Source of the DNA: Trichodelitschia bisporula
Lineage: Eukaryota
Length of the DNA stretch: 64,000 bases
Reading direction: 5' to 3'
NCBI GenBank assembly: GCA_010356995.1
Contig: ML996687.1
Coordinates: forward strand, 1,117,803 to 1,181,802
The notes beneath the pieces are model-generated. The model did not search any database, was not told the origin of the DNA, and saw nothing but the letters and a program-made list of their open reading frames with translations. The position numbers were made by a program, and so were the translations under genes. Below are positions 31,967-46,356 of this stretch, piece by piece. Position 1 is the first letter of the stretch. Each line of letters starts with the position of its first letter.

Positions 31967-33610
31967 ATGTCGCATACCACTTCCGATGCCGTGATGACCA
32001 CCACTAGCTGTGTGAACAAGCCTTCGCTCAACGTCGAAGTGCGCCTGAAAGATGTGTCGTGCACCTTCGTCCGGACTGACCTTGTAGGACACCATCTTTG
32101 GAGGATATCAACAGATCATACAGTGCCTCTGCAGAAAACTGATATCTGCAGGTCAGAGAAGAGGTGTACCAGTGGTTGCTGAACAATTTCATTCACCTCC
32201 GAATCGACCAAGAATTGACCGAGTTCGGTGTGATGCCCTGGTGCTTTGACTGATCCAACGCTAACTCGACCTTTTGCCAGGAAGCCTCAAGTGCGGAGAC
32301 ATCATTGATTCCATTAGCGTTGTCGATTTTTCCGGCAAAAGCTCCGGTTCAGCTTTCCACCGCGTAGCAGATGTAAACGTTGACGTACATGCGTACGCAC
32401 TCCGTGAAAACGATGAAGCCCCGTCCTCACCGAAAAGTCGTCCAGCGCGAAGCAGTCAAGATGAGAGTGACGATGATCCGACAGCACAGTTCCGCATCAG
32501 TTCTCTTCCGAGTAAGGCCTTGTCTAACGCATGGGACGGCTTGATATTTGATGATGATATTCCGACTCGCCTCCTACACTCCTGCGGCCGCATGTGTATG
32601 CTCACATCTCCTACTCGAAGAGTGCCTGCTAAGCGCAGCAGTAACCATCATGCGGCGCTGTAGGATCAACTCTAGCTTGATCAACTGGAACCGGCTGCTG
32701 TTACTGTACGGCCCTCCCGGTAGCGGCAAATCTACTCTCTGGTCAGTCCGCACCCGCTGCCTTCCGCCCTGCCGCTCACGGTCGCAGCCGGGCACTGGCT
32801 CAAAAGCTCACCATTCGTCTTGGAAAGTACTTCACTCAAGGAAAGCTGGTGGAAATCAACGCCAACGCGGTGCTCAGCAAGTGGTTCGGTGAGAGCGGGA
32901 AACTCGTAAAGCGCATGTTTAACCAAGTGCACAAAGTAGCTGTGGATGAGACAACATTAGTCTGTGTCCTCATCGACGAGGTAGAGACGCTTGCTGGATG
33001 CCGCGAAAAGGCCGTCTCGGGTAATGAAATTGGGGATGCGCTGCGAGCAACTAACCAACTTTTGACGGCCCTGGACAGACTCCGACATCAGCCAAACATA
33101 ATCGTCTTTTGCACCAGTAACCTCATTGCAGCTATTGATCCAGCGTTCTTGGACCGCGTGGATATTACGGAGTGTATCCCGCAGCCTTCCCCGCGCGCAG
33201 TATACGAGATATTCCGGTCTGGGCTGCAGGAACTCATGCGATGCAACATCATCACCCAGGGGGGTGGTTCAACTGTCGTAAATCCGACACAGTGTGGCCA
33301 CGACGGTGCTTGTTCTCGTCCGCCGAAGTCCGGTTGCGAGTCCAAGACCGTACAACTCCTTCCTAGCCTGGCCGAAGTGGAAATCCATCTCTGGAATCGG
33401 CCTGAAGCTCCGGGAAGCAGACTTTGGGCCATTGCACAGAACTGCCGAGGCTTCAGCGGACGTTCCCTCCGCCGGCTTCCGATGCTTTCTATCGCCATGT
33501 ACACGTATGGAGAAGCATGCACAATTGAAGAAGCCCTTCACGCTATGGCCACAGCCGTCGGTGAGGAGATTGCTCGCATGGAAGATGGCAAGAACGGATC
33601 CTCGATGTAA
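31967..33610 (+). CDS. PCH2: Pachytene checkpoint AAA+ ATPase (Pch2/TRIP13)
   Basis: [28 protein letters not shown] (spliced), EINANAVLSKWFGESGKLV, VLIDEVETL, DALRATNQLLTALDRL, GFSGRSLRRLP. Confidence 0.93.
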
Positions 33611-34759
33611 CTCCAAAAACACTTTCATCCGAATTTTCATGGGAAGGTTGATACTTAACTACATCCCGAGGTTCTCGGGTTAACTGAAAGCAAAAGTCAA
33701 GGGTACATCCCATCAAATGCATGCGTACGGCCTATGCACTTCACCGGCCCTCTTGGTTGCCGTAAGTCTGTGACGAATTCATCAATAAATATGAGCAGAA
33801 GATAAACCTGACGAAACTCACAGCTTTGTTCCATATTCTTTGAATGGGTCCCGGCTGTCAAGAATCGGTCAGACTTCGTCAGTGCCAGAGTATATGAACC
33901 TACGTATGGTCTCTGAGAAGAAATATTGTCCTTATAGTGCTTGCTGCCGACACCTATGCAGTTGGATTAGCATCCTTCTCTGGTGGTCTTCGGAGCACTA
34001 TACCGCGTGATTCTGTTTCGCCTTGCGGATTGAGTGAAGCCGACTGCAGGCTCTCTGGTCCTCCCGTTTCATCGGCTTGGTAAGTGTCAGTTCTAATGAA
34101 GCTTGTTGGCTGCTGCAAGTCTCCCTACCGTCAAAATCTCTACCTCGTGCGCTCGTGTCCGTCCATAGACCGAACTCCTCTTGGTAGAGCCAGTCGTCTA
34201 CATCCGTAGATACTGGGTTTCTCTTGTGTCCAACCAGGGCGAGCATGCCAGCTCCGAGTCCAAATCCGGCAAGTGCTAAGTTTCTGTTCATTTTTGGAAA
34301 ATTCGATCTTCTATGTTTGGGATCTCAGTTCAGACAAGTTGGGAGTTAAATAGTCTCTCTCAAAGGGCGATGGCATGACTTCCGGCATCATCAGGAGTTG
34401 CCTCATTGGGACCCTGATGAGGTGCTATCATCAGTCTGGAACAAACTTTGGGACCGTGACGACACTTATGATTCCCATGAACATGAACAGATACTGCATC
34501 ATGCGTCACCAGGCGGATGCTCAACCCAAGGCTCAACGTACGGTGCGGTAGGGCTGGATATCACAACGCCACACACCATGTGGCGCAGTTGTTTCCACAA
34601 CCACCGGCGCCAAGATCTTCCGTTCCGACTATTTACAAACAAGGCAGCCCTGGAGGGGGTGGGCGACAACGCAAGCTGACCCAAACGCGTATTGCTGTCC
34701 GGAAAGCACTTGAGGTCTGCATCAGCGTTAAACTGCACACGGCACACGAACCTGCCAGA

Positions 34760-37308
34760 ATGCCGCGCGTCTCAAATGCGCCCCGTTCGCGCGTCTTTTC
34801 AGGCCCGACTGCGACGCCGGCCAAGTCGCCGGTGAAGTGAGTTCCATCACAATGCGCTCTGGGGCATGCACTAATGGGGTATGCAGAATCCCTCTTAATG
34901 ATGATAAGCGCGAGAAGGCAAATCGGCTTCAGTCCCGGCAGGCGCAACATGAAGCCCAGATGAACCAGATCAAGGCGGCGGCCACACCACTAAGAAAACG
35001 CAAGTCATTCGCGCCTGGTACACCCCAGACACCCAACAACCAGCGCGATGAGGATGGGATGCCCTCCGTTAGCGGTACAGCCGTGACACCGATGAAGCGC
35101 GTGCCTATACTGGCGAACTTTGAGGAGTGGATGAAGATGGCAACGGATAATGTATGGCTTCTGAATGGTACCGGCATGATAGAATCTGACGTGCGCAGAA
35201 AATCAATGCGACCAACTCGTGGAATTTTGCACTCATCGACTACTTCCATGACATGTCTTTGCTGCGCGAGGGTGATGGTGTCAACTTTCAGAAAGCCAGC
35301 TGCACGCTGGACGGGTGCGTCAAGATATACACCAACCGTGTGGACAGTGTGGCAACCGAGACTGGGAAGCTACTTAGTGGTCTCGCGGATGGCGGCAACA
35401 AGAAGCGCAAAGACGATGGAGAAGAAGGCGCAGATGGAGAGAACGACGAGGACGAAGACGGAGAGGAAGGGGGTAAAAGACGGGCTCGGAAGCGGGTATG
35501 TTTACATCGCATAGCGCTCTCATATCCTTACCATGATAGGCCCCAAAGTCAGAAGCCACACTCGCCACCTCCTTCGCCCAGTTACAACTGAAGAAGATGG
35601 AACTGGAATTCTCTGTAGACCCGCTCTTTAAAAAGGCGTCGGCCGACTTTGACGAAGGCGGCGCAAAGGGGCTACTTTTGAATCATCTTGCAATCGATAA
35701 CAAGGGTAGGATTGTCTTCGACAGCAGTGACGATATTGAGGAGGCGACTGAGAACGGTCAAGATGCTACCGCTGCTGCTGAGATCGAAACATCAGAACTT
35801 GAAGCAGAGTCTGGCAATATCGATCTTGGCCGACTTGCCGCCAAATTCTTCCCGGATCTGGCGAAGCTTGATGAGGAGGACATATGTCCTTCTTTGAAAG
35901 GCTTCGATTTTGGCGATGCAAATGGTACTATGGATCTCCCCTTCCTCAAGGCGCCTGAAAACTGGCGGCAGGACACTCCCGCTAGCGACGACCCGAAAGA
36001 TTCGCTGGATGACGACAACGCCGGAGGCTTCGATGACGATGGCTTGTTTGGCGGCATGGATCTGGAGGGAGACGTCGGTTTCGGTGAAGGTGGGGAAGTC
36101 TGGGCAAAGGAGGCCGCTCTCGATGCGCAGATGCACGTTCACAATGTGGCGATGAGACACGACGATGGCGAAGCAGATGACAACCAGGGAGGTATTGGCG
36201 GGTTTGAACCTGCCAATCCCGAGTACACTGTTACAATCAGACATGGCCAAGACGACGAACAGGAGAACATCCTAAATTACTTCGACAAAGCTTTGCAGAG
36301 CAACTGGGCGGGACCTGAGCACTGGAAAATCCGACGCGTCAAGGACGCAGCAAAGGCGCTGAACGCACCGGCCTCCAAGCGGAAGGAAAAGGAGCCGTTT
36401 GCCCTGGACTTCGCTGTACCGATGTCGCAGGCGCTCGCTGATGCCTTATACACTCCGGCATCGTCTACTTCCATCATATCCTTGCCAAAGGCGCAATGGA
36501 AATCTAAGACAAGGAATCTGCTGCCTGACGACAAGCACTTCAACTCTCGACAGCTCCTGCGGTTGTTCCTGAAGCCAAAGGCGTCAATGGGCTCTCGCAA
36601 GACAGGCACCTCAAACCAAGCACGTGTCGCTGATCTCGAGCCGGAAGGTGAGGTTGATGAGGCGTACTGGGCCAACAAAGAGGACCCCCACGCCCAACAG
36701 GCGGATGAGGACGCTCCGCAAGGCAACTATGATGCCAATTTCTTCCAAGATGACGGTCTTGGAGCTATTGGTATGGATGATGACGATGAAGAGTTCGCTG
36801 ATGCACGTGACCACTTCTCTCCTCCAGCTGAAGGGCTAGAAGGGGCTGTGGTGGATGCGGGATCCGATCCGGCGCAGGACTTTGGTGCTCAGCTTGTTAC
36901 GCAAAGTCGCAGGTTGCGCCCTGAGTATGTTCAGTACGCCAGGGTGGCCAAGAAGGTTGATGTACGGCGGTTGAAGGAAGAGATCTGGCGCGGTTTGTCA
37001 CTCGATGAGGTTTGTGCTGATCCGGATGAACTTGCTTCCTGAATACTGATGATTCTTAGACGATGCCACCTCCAGTCGTTCCAACGCCAAAGGCGGCAGA
37101 CGAGTCGCTCAAATTTACCGATGTCATCAGCAACCTTCAGACGGTCTACTCAGGCCAGACGATGGCGGACATCTCCACGTCGTACTGCTTCATTTGCCTT
37201 CTCCATCTGGCGAATGAAAAGGGACTGGAGATACAAAACGAAGAGAACTTCATGGATTTGACCATCCGGAAGGACCACACGGCAGAGATAGTATCTGCTG
37301 GCGATTAA
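34760..37308 (+). CDS. BRN1: Condensin kleisin subunit (Brn1/Cnd2/CAP-H)
   Basis: NFEEWMKMATDNKI, NFQKASCTLDGCVKIY, VDPLFKKASADFDEGGA, WAGPEHW, YARVAKKVDVRRLK, ISTSYCFICLLHLANEKGL. Confidence 0.96.
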
Positions 37309-37731
37309 CGGGTTCTGCTGGCGGGATATGGCGTACGTAGTGCTTGGGCTGCATGTTAATGGCGTTTCGGTGGCGGTTTGCTAATGCATGAGGTGCATCT
37401 GGGACGAGATATGACGTGAATGGATGGCGGATGGGGTGCGGGGCATGGCTTTAGGCCCGGTATGCGTGTTATAAGGATTTACGAAATGCACTGCTGTTTG
37501 AGTCTTGAAAGCAAATGTATCCCCTTACGAAATGTCGTGGATGTTCATTAACTAGGCGACTGGGAAGCTTTCACAATCACGATCGGGCAAGCGCGAGGCT
37601 GTCCCGCGGTCACGTGACGGAGCCCGTGCTTGGTGGTCGTCATCGTACATTTCATTTGCGCCAGGAGACCAACACGAAACATCAACTTCACAGCACTGAG
37701 TTTTGCATATCCCGCTCACGAGCTAACCACG

Positions 37732-40700
37732 ATGCGAACGTATGCTTATATCTCTTCTAAGCATGCCTATCTACTTTTGTCCCATGGCTAATTTCTTCCC
37801 CTAGTCTTAGACGAGATGCGCTCGAGAAGCTGGCCCTGTTGTCGGCCAGCGCACCGGCCGGCCAACCGTCAGACATCACAAGGTTATGCCGTCGGTGTCC
37901 CGGTACGCGCACGCGAGTCAATGGCACTGCCAGTGGACATATGTCACGACAGTCCGTGTCCATATCGCGAGTTCCTATGGTGAGACGCGTCTCCTGTTCC
38001 CCCGATCGCGGCTAACTTGGACGACAGAGCCTCCCCGAAATCGAAGCACTCCTCGGCCTCTGCAAGGCCGCCCCACAGGTCTCCAACATCGAAATCGCAG
38101 CCCAACTACTTCCGCAACTCACGTCCTACCTCCCCGAAGCCCATCTGCAAATATTGTCGTTGCCGCCCGGGTCGCCAGACCTGGACCCTTCGCCTTGGGA
38201 GCCCCTGACTTTTCACCTTACATCCGCGGTTCTGGCCTTGGGACTGAATCACGTTTCGCTGCGGCAACATGCTGCTGCTAGCATCAGCCGGTACATCAGC
38301 AGTTGGGCGGACAATGCGTCGGAAGTGGCCAAGGAGCAACTCAACGAGGATATCGAGGAGCCGGATGCGGTTGTTGAAGCTCTCTCAAAGGTGGTGAAGC
38401 TCGCCATTTCGCTCCTTGGATTCTTGACGGCCGCATCTCGAGATGCACATTTTTGGACGGCAATGGAAAGATTATCTTTGGTTAAAAACCTGCGCAAGGC
38501 ACTCTCGGAACGATTTATGATCGTCTTGGAGACGGCCTTGTCGCTCGTGAGGAACGCTCGCCATGGGCAAGACGTTATCCACACATGGAAGCACTATTAC
38601 AAGCGATATGCGGCGAGCGGGCGGCCTCTCGGGGCGATGCTGTTGCGACAAGGCTTCATGCAATTCGTGGTTGCCTGCTCTTCCCTCCAAGTGCTTCCCG
38701 CGAATACACTCAAAAAGCGAGGCATCCTTGAAGCTCTACTGAATGGGGACCATGCGCCAGACGACTACGGATTTGACGGCCCAGTCGATGGCTTTACCGA
38801 AATTGCCGTAAACGAGCTGAATCTCCTCGAAGAAGGCTCGGACTACCTTCAACTGGGATCAGCATGGCAACAGCGGCTCGCCTCCGCCGTGAAAGCAGAA
38901 GCTCTCAAGTGCTTTTTGTGCTGCTCCTTACTGGACGACGATGTCGCGGACAAGGAGTCGTTAATCGCCTGGCTTGAATCAACCATGGGCGATCCCGTGC
39001 AGATTGCAGACGAGTATTTGGCATCCGTCATTTTCAAGAGCACCGCCATTCTTGCCAGGTCATCGCCGTCCCTGGCCTCCAGTATGAGCCGGTTGCTTCC
39101 GAGAATCATCGTCCAGGGAGGTCTCGACCCCCGTACTGCGTCTGCTGCGGCCAACTGTCTCGCGTTCGTTCTGAGGTCGCTCCCTCAAGATGCGACTATG
39201 ACCACGCTGTACAGTCTCGGTAACATTCTTAGCGGACCTGGAACCGTACAAGACCGGGCCATATCCAATTCTCCCCTGTTAGAAGGGGGTGTCGTTGCGA
39301 AGCCCAGTCAAAACGGCCACAGCTTGTATCACGACCGACACACGACGACAGGCAGTGTCATTTCCTTGGGGCCGAATGATGGGGGGGATGAGTACTCACA
39401 CGTCCACGTGTCTACCATTGAAGCCATCGTCAGTATCGCTTGCAGCGCTAAGGAAAGCAAAACCAGCGCGCTTGCTATGTCAATGCTCCTCCAAAAGATC
39501 GGCCGGATCAATCATGAAGTCGATGCGAAAATCATCACAGAGGCCGCATTTCTGGGCAGACGAAGTGCACCCAAGGACTTTCGCTCTTTGCTTAAGATGT
39601 ACTCCAAGCTCTGCCACGATGGGCTGGTCCACGACAACCTTGTTATCGTGGATGCTGTTATGCAAGCCCGCATTCATCTGTCCAAGGGTATCAAGCGAGG
39701 CTCGGAGCTCTTTGACATCTATCTACTCCATCTTCTGGATGAGGTGGTCAGCAAAGGCGATACTCACGAAGATGTCAACTCGCATCAGGCAGATTTCGAG
39801 TTGGCTTCTGAGGAGATCGCCCAGCTGCTACAACCTTTAGCTACATTTGTGATTTCGAACGCCACCTCGGACCCCCAGGACGACCTCGAAATTGAAGGAT
39901 TGACGAACCTCCAGCGCAACGCCTGGTTTAATGCTGTGGTCCATGGGTTTTCCTTTGCGTCCCCTCTCGGCAAGAAATACCGCAAAGAGCTGCAGGTGTT
40001 GGCATCGTACAGCCAGCCGCTCGTCGCTGAGGATAGGGCCGACCAACTTGAGAGCGACATCGAACTGAATACGACACTGCGTCGCAAAAAGAGCGCGGAG
40101 CATGCCGCGGAGCATAAGCGCCATCTTATCGAAGTCCTTCCAACCTGCGGGGAGGAGATCCGGGCCATGAACTACTCCGAGGTCACATTTTTGACCACGG
40201 CATACCTTGTCGAAATGCTTCGAGCAGCCTCTGGGGATTGCACCAAAGTTCTCGGATACTTCCTTGACCCCAGGTTGAACTCGGGGCCTATGGCCAAATG
40301 CATGCTTGCCATCGCCATGGCGGTGGTTAGCTCGTATCTCGCGAAGACATCATCCGGGAAGTTCCAAAAGTTTACCTCGCCTTATGTTGCTCAGCAGCTA
40401 GCGCAGTTCTTTGCCGGATGCTGCCACCGCCTGAGTAAAATCCAGGAGGTTGCCTTCAGGTGTGCGGACCTGATAATTGAGCGCGTGCCGTCTTCGCTGT
40501 GTGAGAAGTCATCCCTCTTTGCTCTTTTGGAACTCCTCACAATAATGTGGTCGAGCTGTTTGGAGCAGGAGACAGACGAGTACGAATGGCGCTCTACGTA
40601 CACCTCCAAGCGCGGAAACGTGACCATTGAATTGTCGGACGACTATGACTTGCGCCGCACAACGCTTGTGCACATCCACGGCTGGGCCAAGACTTGGTTG

Positions 40701-43700
40701 CTTCGGGTGATTGATATCGCCCCCCTCGACGTCAAGGGCCTCATCCAGACTTATCTGTCCGAGTATGACGATGACGGCGCATATGGCCATGTCTCCCTTG
40801 GCAGGTCATTTGCCTTGGAGATGGGCGGGGTTATTCCCACCACGGATCAAAGGCTGGGCGCCATCGAAAGCCAGCCAGGCGTCAACATCAACACGGCTTC
40901 TGATTTCATCGCCCAGTACACCACGCGGCAGGAGTACAGGTTTGTCGACGGTATCCGCGACTCGGACCAGGAGTGGGTGCGCTTCGACGCCCCCAACGGA
41001 GCCTTGGTTGGTCGTAGAAAGAGCCTCGACAAGTCTTTTGAAGATGCCAATTCCCTTCTAGCCGATATGGAGACGCGCACGCTGAATCACAAGCATGTCT
41101 CCATTGGAGAACTCCGCGACGTGCTGAGGAGAGCGGGGGCTATGCTTTGCCGCACGAATACGGACCAAGGTGCCATCGTACATCATCTTGTCGGAATCCC
41201 TTTTGCGGTCTTCACGAAGCAGTCAATCAAGCTCGGCATTTCACTTTGGATGGGTGTTATTAAGGAGAATGCTCGGATGGAGTCGAGGATTCTCGCCGAG
41301 ATTGCAGAGTGCTGGGAGGCCACCGTGCGTATGCGGCGCGGCTTGTTCGACCCGAGACTCCACCATTTCGATCCTTTCGACCACAAGAACGAATTTGCGC
41401 CATCTGATAGAGAACTCATTGCCCGTCGCCAGCATGCCGCTTATGACATGATCGCACCGCATCTACGCCTCGTCCAGTTCCTGTCCAGCCATTTCAACGC
41501 TAAGAGATTGGGGACGCCTCACATCTATCGGATGTACACGCGTCTCATCTCTGTTACCCTTGATGCTCTGGCTGGGACGAAATGCCATCCGCTTGCGCGC
41601 GAAGCGCATTTCCACATCGTCTTGCTCGGTCTACGGATCCTCCAGTGGAGTACCGACCTCGAGTTGCCGATTGCGTGGCGGTTCAAGGACCGCCTGCTTT
41701 CAGCTGGGCTGGCGTGGTTTGCCAGTCGGCCACAGTGGACTTATGGCGGCAACCGCCTGCAAGTCAAGGCTGAGACCCACCTGCTCGCTGATATACAGCT
41801 GGTGCTCGACAAAGTACGGGGGATCGGGTATGATACACATGGCTCTCGCAAATCTTTACAGCCGAAGCATGACCTACTTTCACTGTTGCTGGCGAATGAA
41901 CAGACTCGCCTCTTGGTGTGGCTGTTTCCGCTGGATTATGAGAGGAAGCACCACTTTACGTCGGGGAATCACAGCAAAGCGCCCCTCGAGCCGGTATTGG
42001 CTGCGGCACTTAAGACGGCTTGGGTGGAGAATCCGTCGTTGGCGGTGCATTTCCCCGGCCGCTTCCAGTCGTCGGCCCTGACGGCTGATCTTCGATTCTT
42101 GCTTCTTACCTTTCCCGAAAAGGTGCTCAACGAGCCCGATGCTCTTGAATGCCTCCTTGGGCAGGCCTTGCCTGACGATGTTTCCTTCCAGCTCAAAGTA
42201 AGTCATTCGATCAAATAGATAGACTCAATTAACCGTCACTAGTATCTTCTATACTGGGCTCCAGTCAACCCTATCACCGCCGTCTCCTACTTCCTCCCCG
42301 CATATGGTAATCACCCATTCATTATCCAATACGCCGTTCGCGCGTTGGATCACCATTCAGTCGACGTTACTTTCTTCTACGTGCCGCAAATCGTCCAGAC
42401 TCTCCGCTACGACGTCCTCGGCTACGTGGAGCGATACATCATCGAGGCAGCCAAGTTCTCGCAACTCTTCGCCCACCAAATTATCTGGAACATTAAAGCC
42501 AACGCCTACAAAGATGAAGACTCACAGATCCCAGACCCAGTCAAGCCCATCTTGGACAAGGTCATGGACAGTCTGGTCAGCAGCTTCTCGCCCGACGACC
42601 GCGACTTCTACGAGCGCGAATTCTCCTTCTTCAACGAGGTGACTGATATCTCAGGCAAGCTCCGCCCCTTCATCAAAAAGAGTAAGCCGGAAAAGAAACA
42701 AAAAATCGAAGAAGAGCTCCGCAAAATCAAAGTCGAAGTCGGCGTCTACCTCCCCTCAAACCCAGACGGCGTCGTCATCGGCATCGACCGCAAATCCGGC
42801 AAGCCCCTGCAGAGCCACGCCAAAGCGCCCTACATGGCCACGTTCCGCATCCGCAAGGAGCGGAACATGATCACCGCCGACGGGGATGAGCTCGAGCGCG
42901 CGGTGACTCGTGACGATAGGCCCGGCAGCTACGAAGTGTGGCAGAGCGCTATTTTCAAGGTCGGCGACGACTGCCGCCAGGACGTGCTGGCGCTGCAAAT
43001 GATCGCCGCCTTCCGCGGCATCTTCCACAGCGTCGGGCTGGACGTGTACGTCTTTCCCTACCGCGTGACCGCCACCGCGCCCGGCTGCGGCGTCATCGAC
43101 GTGCTGCCCAACAGCATTAGCCGCGACATGCTGGGCCGCGAGGCCGTCAACGGCCTGCACGACTACTTCACGACCAAATACGGCGGGGCCGACAGCATCC
43201 GGTACCAGGAGGCGCGGAACAATTTCGTCAAGAGCATGGCTGCCTACTCCGTTATTTCCTTCTTGCTGCAGTTCAAGGATCGGCATAATGGGAATATCAT
43301 GGTTGATGATGCGGGCCATATTCTGCATGTCGATTTCGGGTTCTGCTTTGATATTGTACCGGGTGGGGTTAAGTTTGAGCGCGCGCCGTTTAAGCTCACC
43401 GCGGAGATGGTGGCGGTTATGGGTGGCACAAATGCCCAGGCGTACCGCTGGTTTGAGGAGCTGTGCGTTAAGGCCTTCCTTGCGGCGCGCCAGCATGCGG
43501 AGCACCTCGTGCACATGGTAGTTGTAATGCTGGACTCGGGTCTGCCGTGCTTCAAGCCGACGACCATTCAGCATTTCCGCGAGCGCTTTGTGTTGGAGAA
43601 GTCGGAGCGTGAGGCGGCGGATTTTATGCGCGAGTTGATTAAGCGCAGTTTGAATAGTGTGGCGACGAGGGGGTATGATCACTTCCAGTTGCTTACGAAT

Positions 43701-43715
43701 GGGATCCCGTACTAG
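37732..43715 (+). CDS. STT4: Type IIIalpha phosphatidylinositol 4-kinase
   Basis: Long helical N-terminus, PIK helical region (FFYVPQIVQTLRYD) and kinase motifs IFKVGDDCRQD, KDRHNGNIM, HVDFGF. Introns at 37740-37804, ~37980-38027 and 42198-42242. Confidence 0.97.
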
Positions 43716-44055
43716 ATGGTGATGGGACAAGGGAGAGGGTTGGTGTGGAACTTGTAGATTTTGTAATCGAGTAATTTTGCTTCTTGTCCACTATCCATCA
43801 GTCGTTGTGCAAATGTGGATTTATGTTTTTTCGATCGCAAAACGTGCAACGATGGAGGCGATTCCATCAGGAGGGACATGTCAGCGTACATATTCGTGGC
43901 GCAAAACATGATCCGCCATCATACATACATAACATCAACCCAGACCCACGCCCGCACCATGCACCCGCCACAGAGCCTTCCCATCATCAGGCCACGTAGA
44001 TCACCAAAGGGGACTCTACCAGACATAAAGTAGCTCCGCCTAGCCCATGTGTAAC

Positions 44056-46356
44056 CTAAGAAACAACCTCCTCCGTCTCCTCAATGATCTCCTCCACAAT
44101 CTCCTCAATAGTCTCACCCTGTGCCGCATCCTTATCCTCATACGTAGGGACCTCAACACCCTCCTCCTCCAGCTCCTCAGCGACCTGCTCGCGCCACGCG
44201 CGCCACTCCTGCAGCAAGCGACGTCGATGCTCAACGACAGCGCGGTTGGCCAGGTTCTTCTTGTTGAAGTCCTGCTCGTCGAAGATCTTGCTCCACTCGC
44301 GCAAGTTCTTGCGCGTCTTCTTCTGCTCTTCCTTGGTGAGGAAGGTGGCGGGACGCGGGCGCCAGATGAACTGCTTGAACCGCTCGAGGGACTCTTCGCG
44401 CAGGAGCGTGCCTTTGAAGTCGTACAGATGGTAGCCATTCTCAGCCTGTAGTCATTAGTTCGTGATCCATAAAACCCACGAGAAGAAGACATACTTGGTG
44501 TTTCCAGAAACTGGCAACAGTCGCCACATACCGCCCCGTAGGGTCCCACTCTGCATCCGTGATGCCGTAGTGCTCCGCCGTGTTCATGAGCTGCAGGTTG
44601 CAGGCGAGATCCTTATCCTTCTCGTCCTTTTCTCCCTCAAAGTCCATGTCCCAGAAGTCAAGCTCGTACGACTGTTGCGAGTGCACCGTCGCCACGATGA
44701 CGAAGCGGCCACGCGGCGACCAGTAGATGCCGTTGCTGTTCTTCTTCTCGATCGTGCGAACATGCTTGAAGTTGCCCACGGGGCCAGGACCCTTGTTCTT
44801 CTCAGGGCAGAAGAAAATAACGCTCGTCTTGGGAGGGGCACCCGCACCACCGGCGGGAACCTCACCAGTGGTGATGACGACGAAACGATCGCCCTTGGGC
44901 TCCCACGCGAAGTTGATGACCGTGTCCTTGAGCGAGTCGACCACCTCCACAGGGATGTTCTTCTCCTGCACACGGAAAATCTCCAGGTTTGTAGCAAGGG
45001 ACTTCTTCGACTTGGAGTGACGGTCCACCTTGACGCACACGTACACACCCTCAGACTGCCAGTGCAGCTTGGCATCTGTGACGTTGAACAGGTTCCGCGT
45101 GCGCACAACCTCCTTGCTCGGTATGCTCATAAGGCCAACCTTGGCAGGGTTGCTGCCCAGCTCGGGCGTCCAGTAACAAAAGAGCTGCTCGTATTGCTTG
45201 ATCGCATCACGCTTGGGTGTAGCCGGGCTCCATTCAAAGTCCTGAACGCCCTCGATCTTGATGGCCTGCTTGTCGAGCAGCTTCATACTCGGCAGCTCGT
45301 ACACGGAGATGGATTGGCCAGGGGTCATACGGGCAACGTACTTGTCGTCCGACGACCACTTGAACGCGGGCCAAGGAATCTTGCGCTTCACTGGCTGGCC
45401 ATCCTGATCCTTGCCAGTGACGGGCATTTCGAGAGTAGTAAAGGAGCGGAGGACCTTGCCGGTGGCAACGTCCCAGATGATATAGTTTTTGCCATCCTCG
45501 TCTGCGCTAAGGAAAGGATTTCCCTCCTCGACGGTGACGGGGCGGTGTGACCAGGTAGTGACGTAGAGCTCGGTAGGTGAAAAGTCGACTAGGTTGACGC
45601 CGGGATGAGCGAACCGCTTCTGCCGGCTCCACGACTTGCCTCCCCACAGCTGGACACCCTGCGCGTGCATCGATGTCAGGTAGGTTCCGAGCGGCGACCA
45701 CTGTACAAACATCTCGGTCCAGTGTTGACGATCCACGATGGCCTCTGGCGGATCGTCCTTCTCGTTCCAGAACACGCCGACATTATCTCCACGGTACATG
45801 ACGAACTGATCGCGGGCCTCGGCATCACCCAGCCACCAGCGCAGGTGCTCCTTCTCTGTGAAGTCCTCGATGCGGGGCGGGTGGTACTCTTCATCGATCT
45901 TGCCTTCGCGGCCGTAGCGGTCGATGTCCGTCAGTTTGTTGACAAAGATGGTGTGCTTCTTGTCGAGAGGCGTGCGGTCAAGTGCCTTGACGACCGCAAG
46001 CGCTTCCCTAGCAGACGAGAACTCGACAAAGGCAAACCTATAGGGACGATTAATACCTGCACGCCATACATGAAATGCGGGGTAAAAACGTACCCCTCAG
46101 AAGAGCCATTTGGGCCATCGGGCATGTAAACGCTCTCCTCCCGCGCCCTCGACACACTGTTGACCTTGCGGAGCAAGAACTTGATGAGCTTGGCCTTTTG
46201 GCCTGGCTCCTCGACCTTGGGGAGGCCGTCGATAACGACGAACGTGTCAAGTCCCTCCTCTAGCCGCACCTCATACTGTTCGCGAAGGTCGGAGAAATCG
46301 ATATCTTCATCGTCTATTTCTTCCTCCGAAGGAAGCTGATCAAAACTGGGCGCCAT
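44056..46356 (-). CDS. PRT1: Translation initiation factor eIF3 subunit b
   Basis: N-terminal RRM (FVVIDGLP), beta-propeller ([22 protein letters not shown]) and C-terminal FIWRPRP. Two introns. Confidence 0.97.

Noticed and set aside
34385..34440. CTGATGAG hairpin as a hammerhead ribozyme
   Set aside because: No GAAA core or stems I/III; it is only a simple CTGATGA/TCATCAG hairpin.
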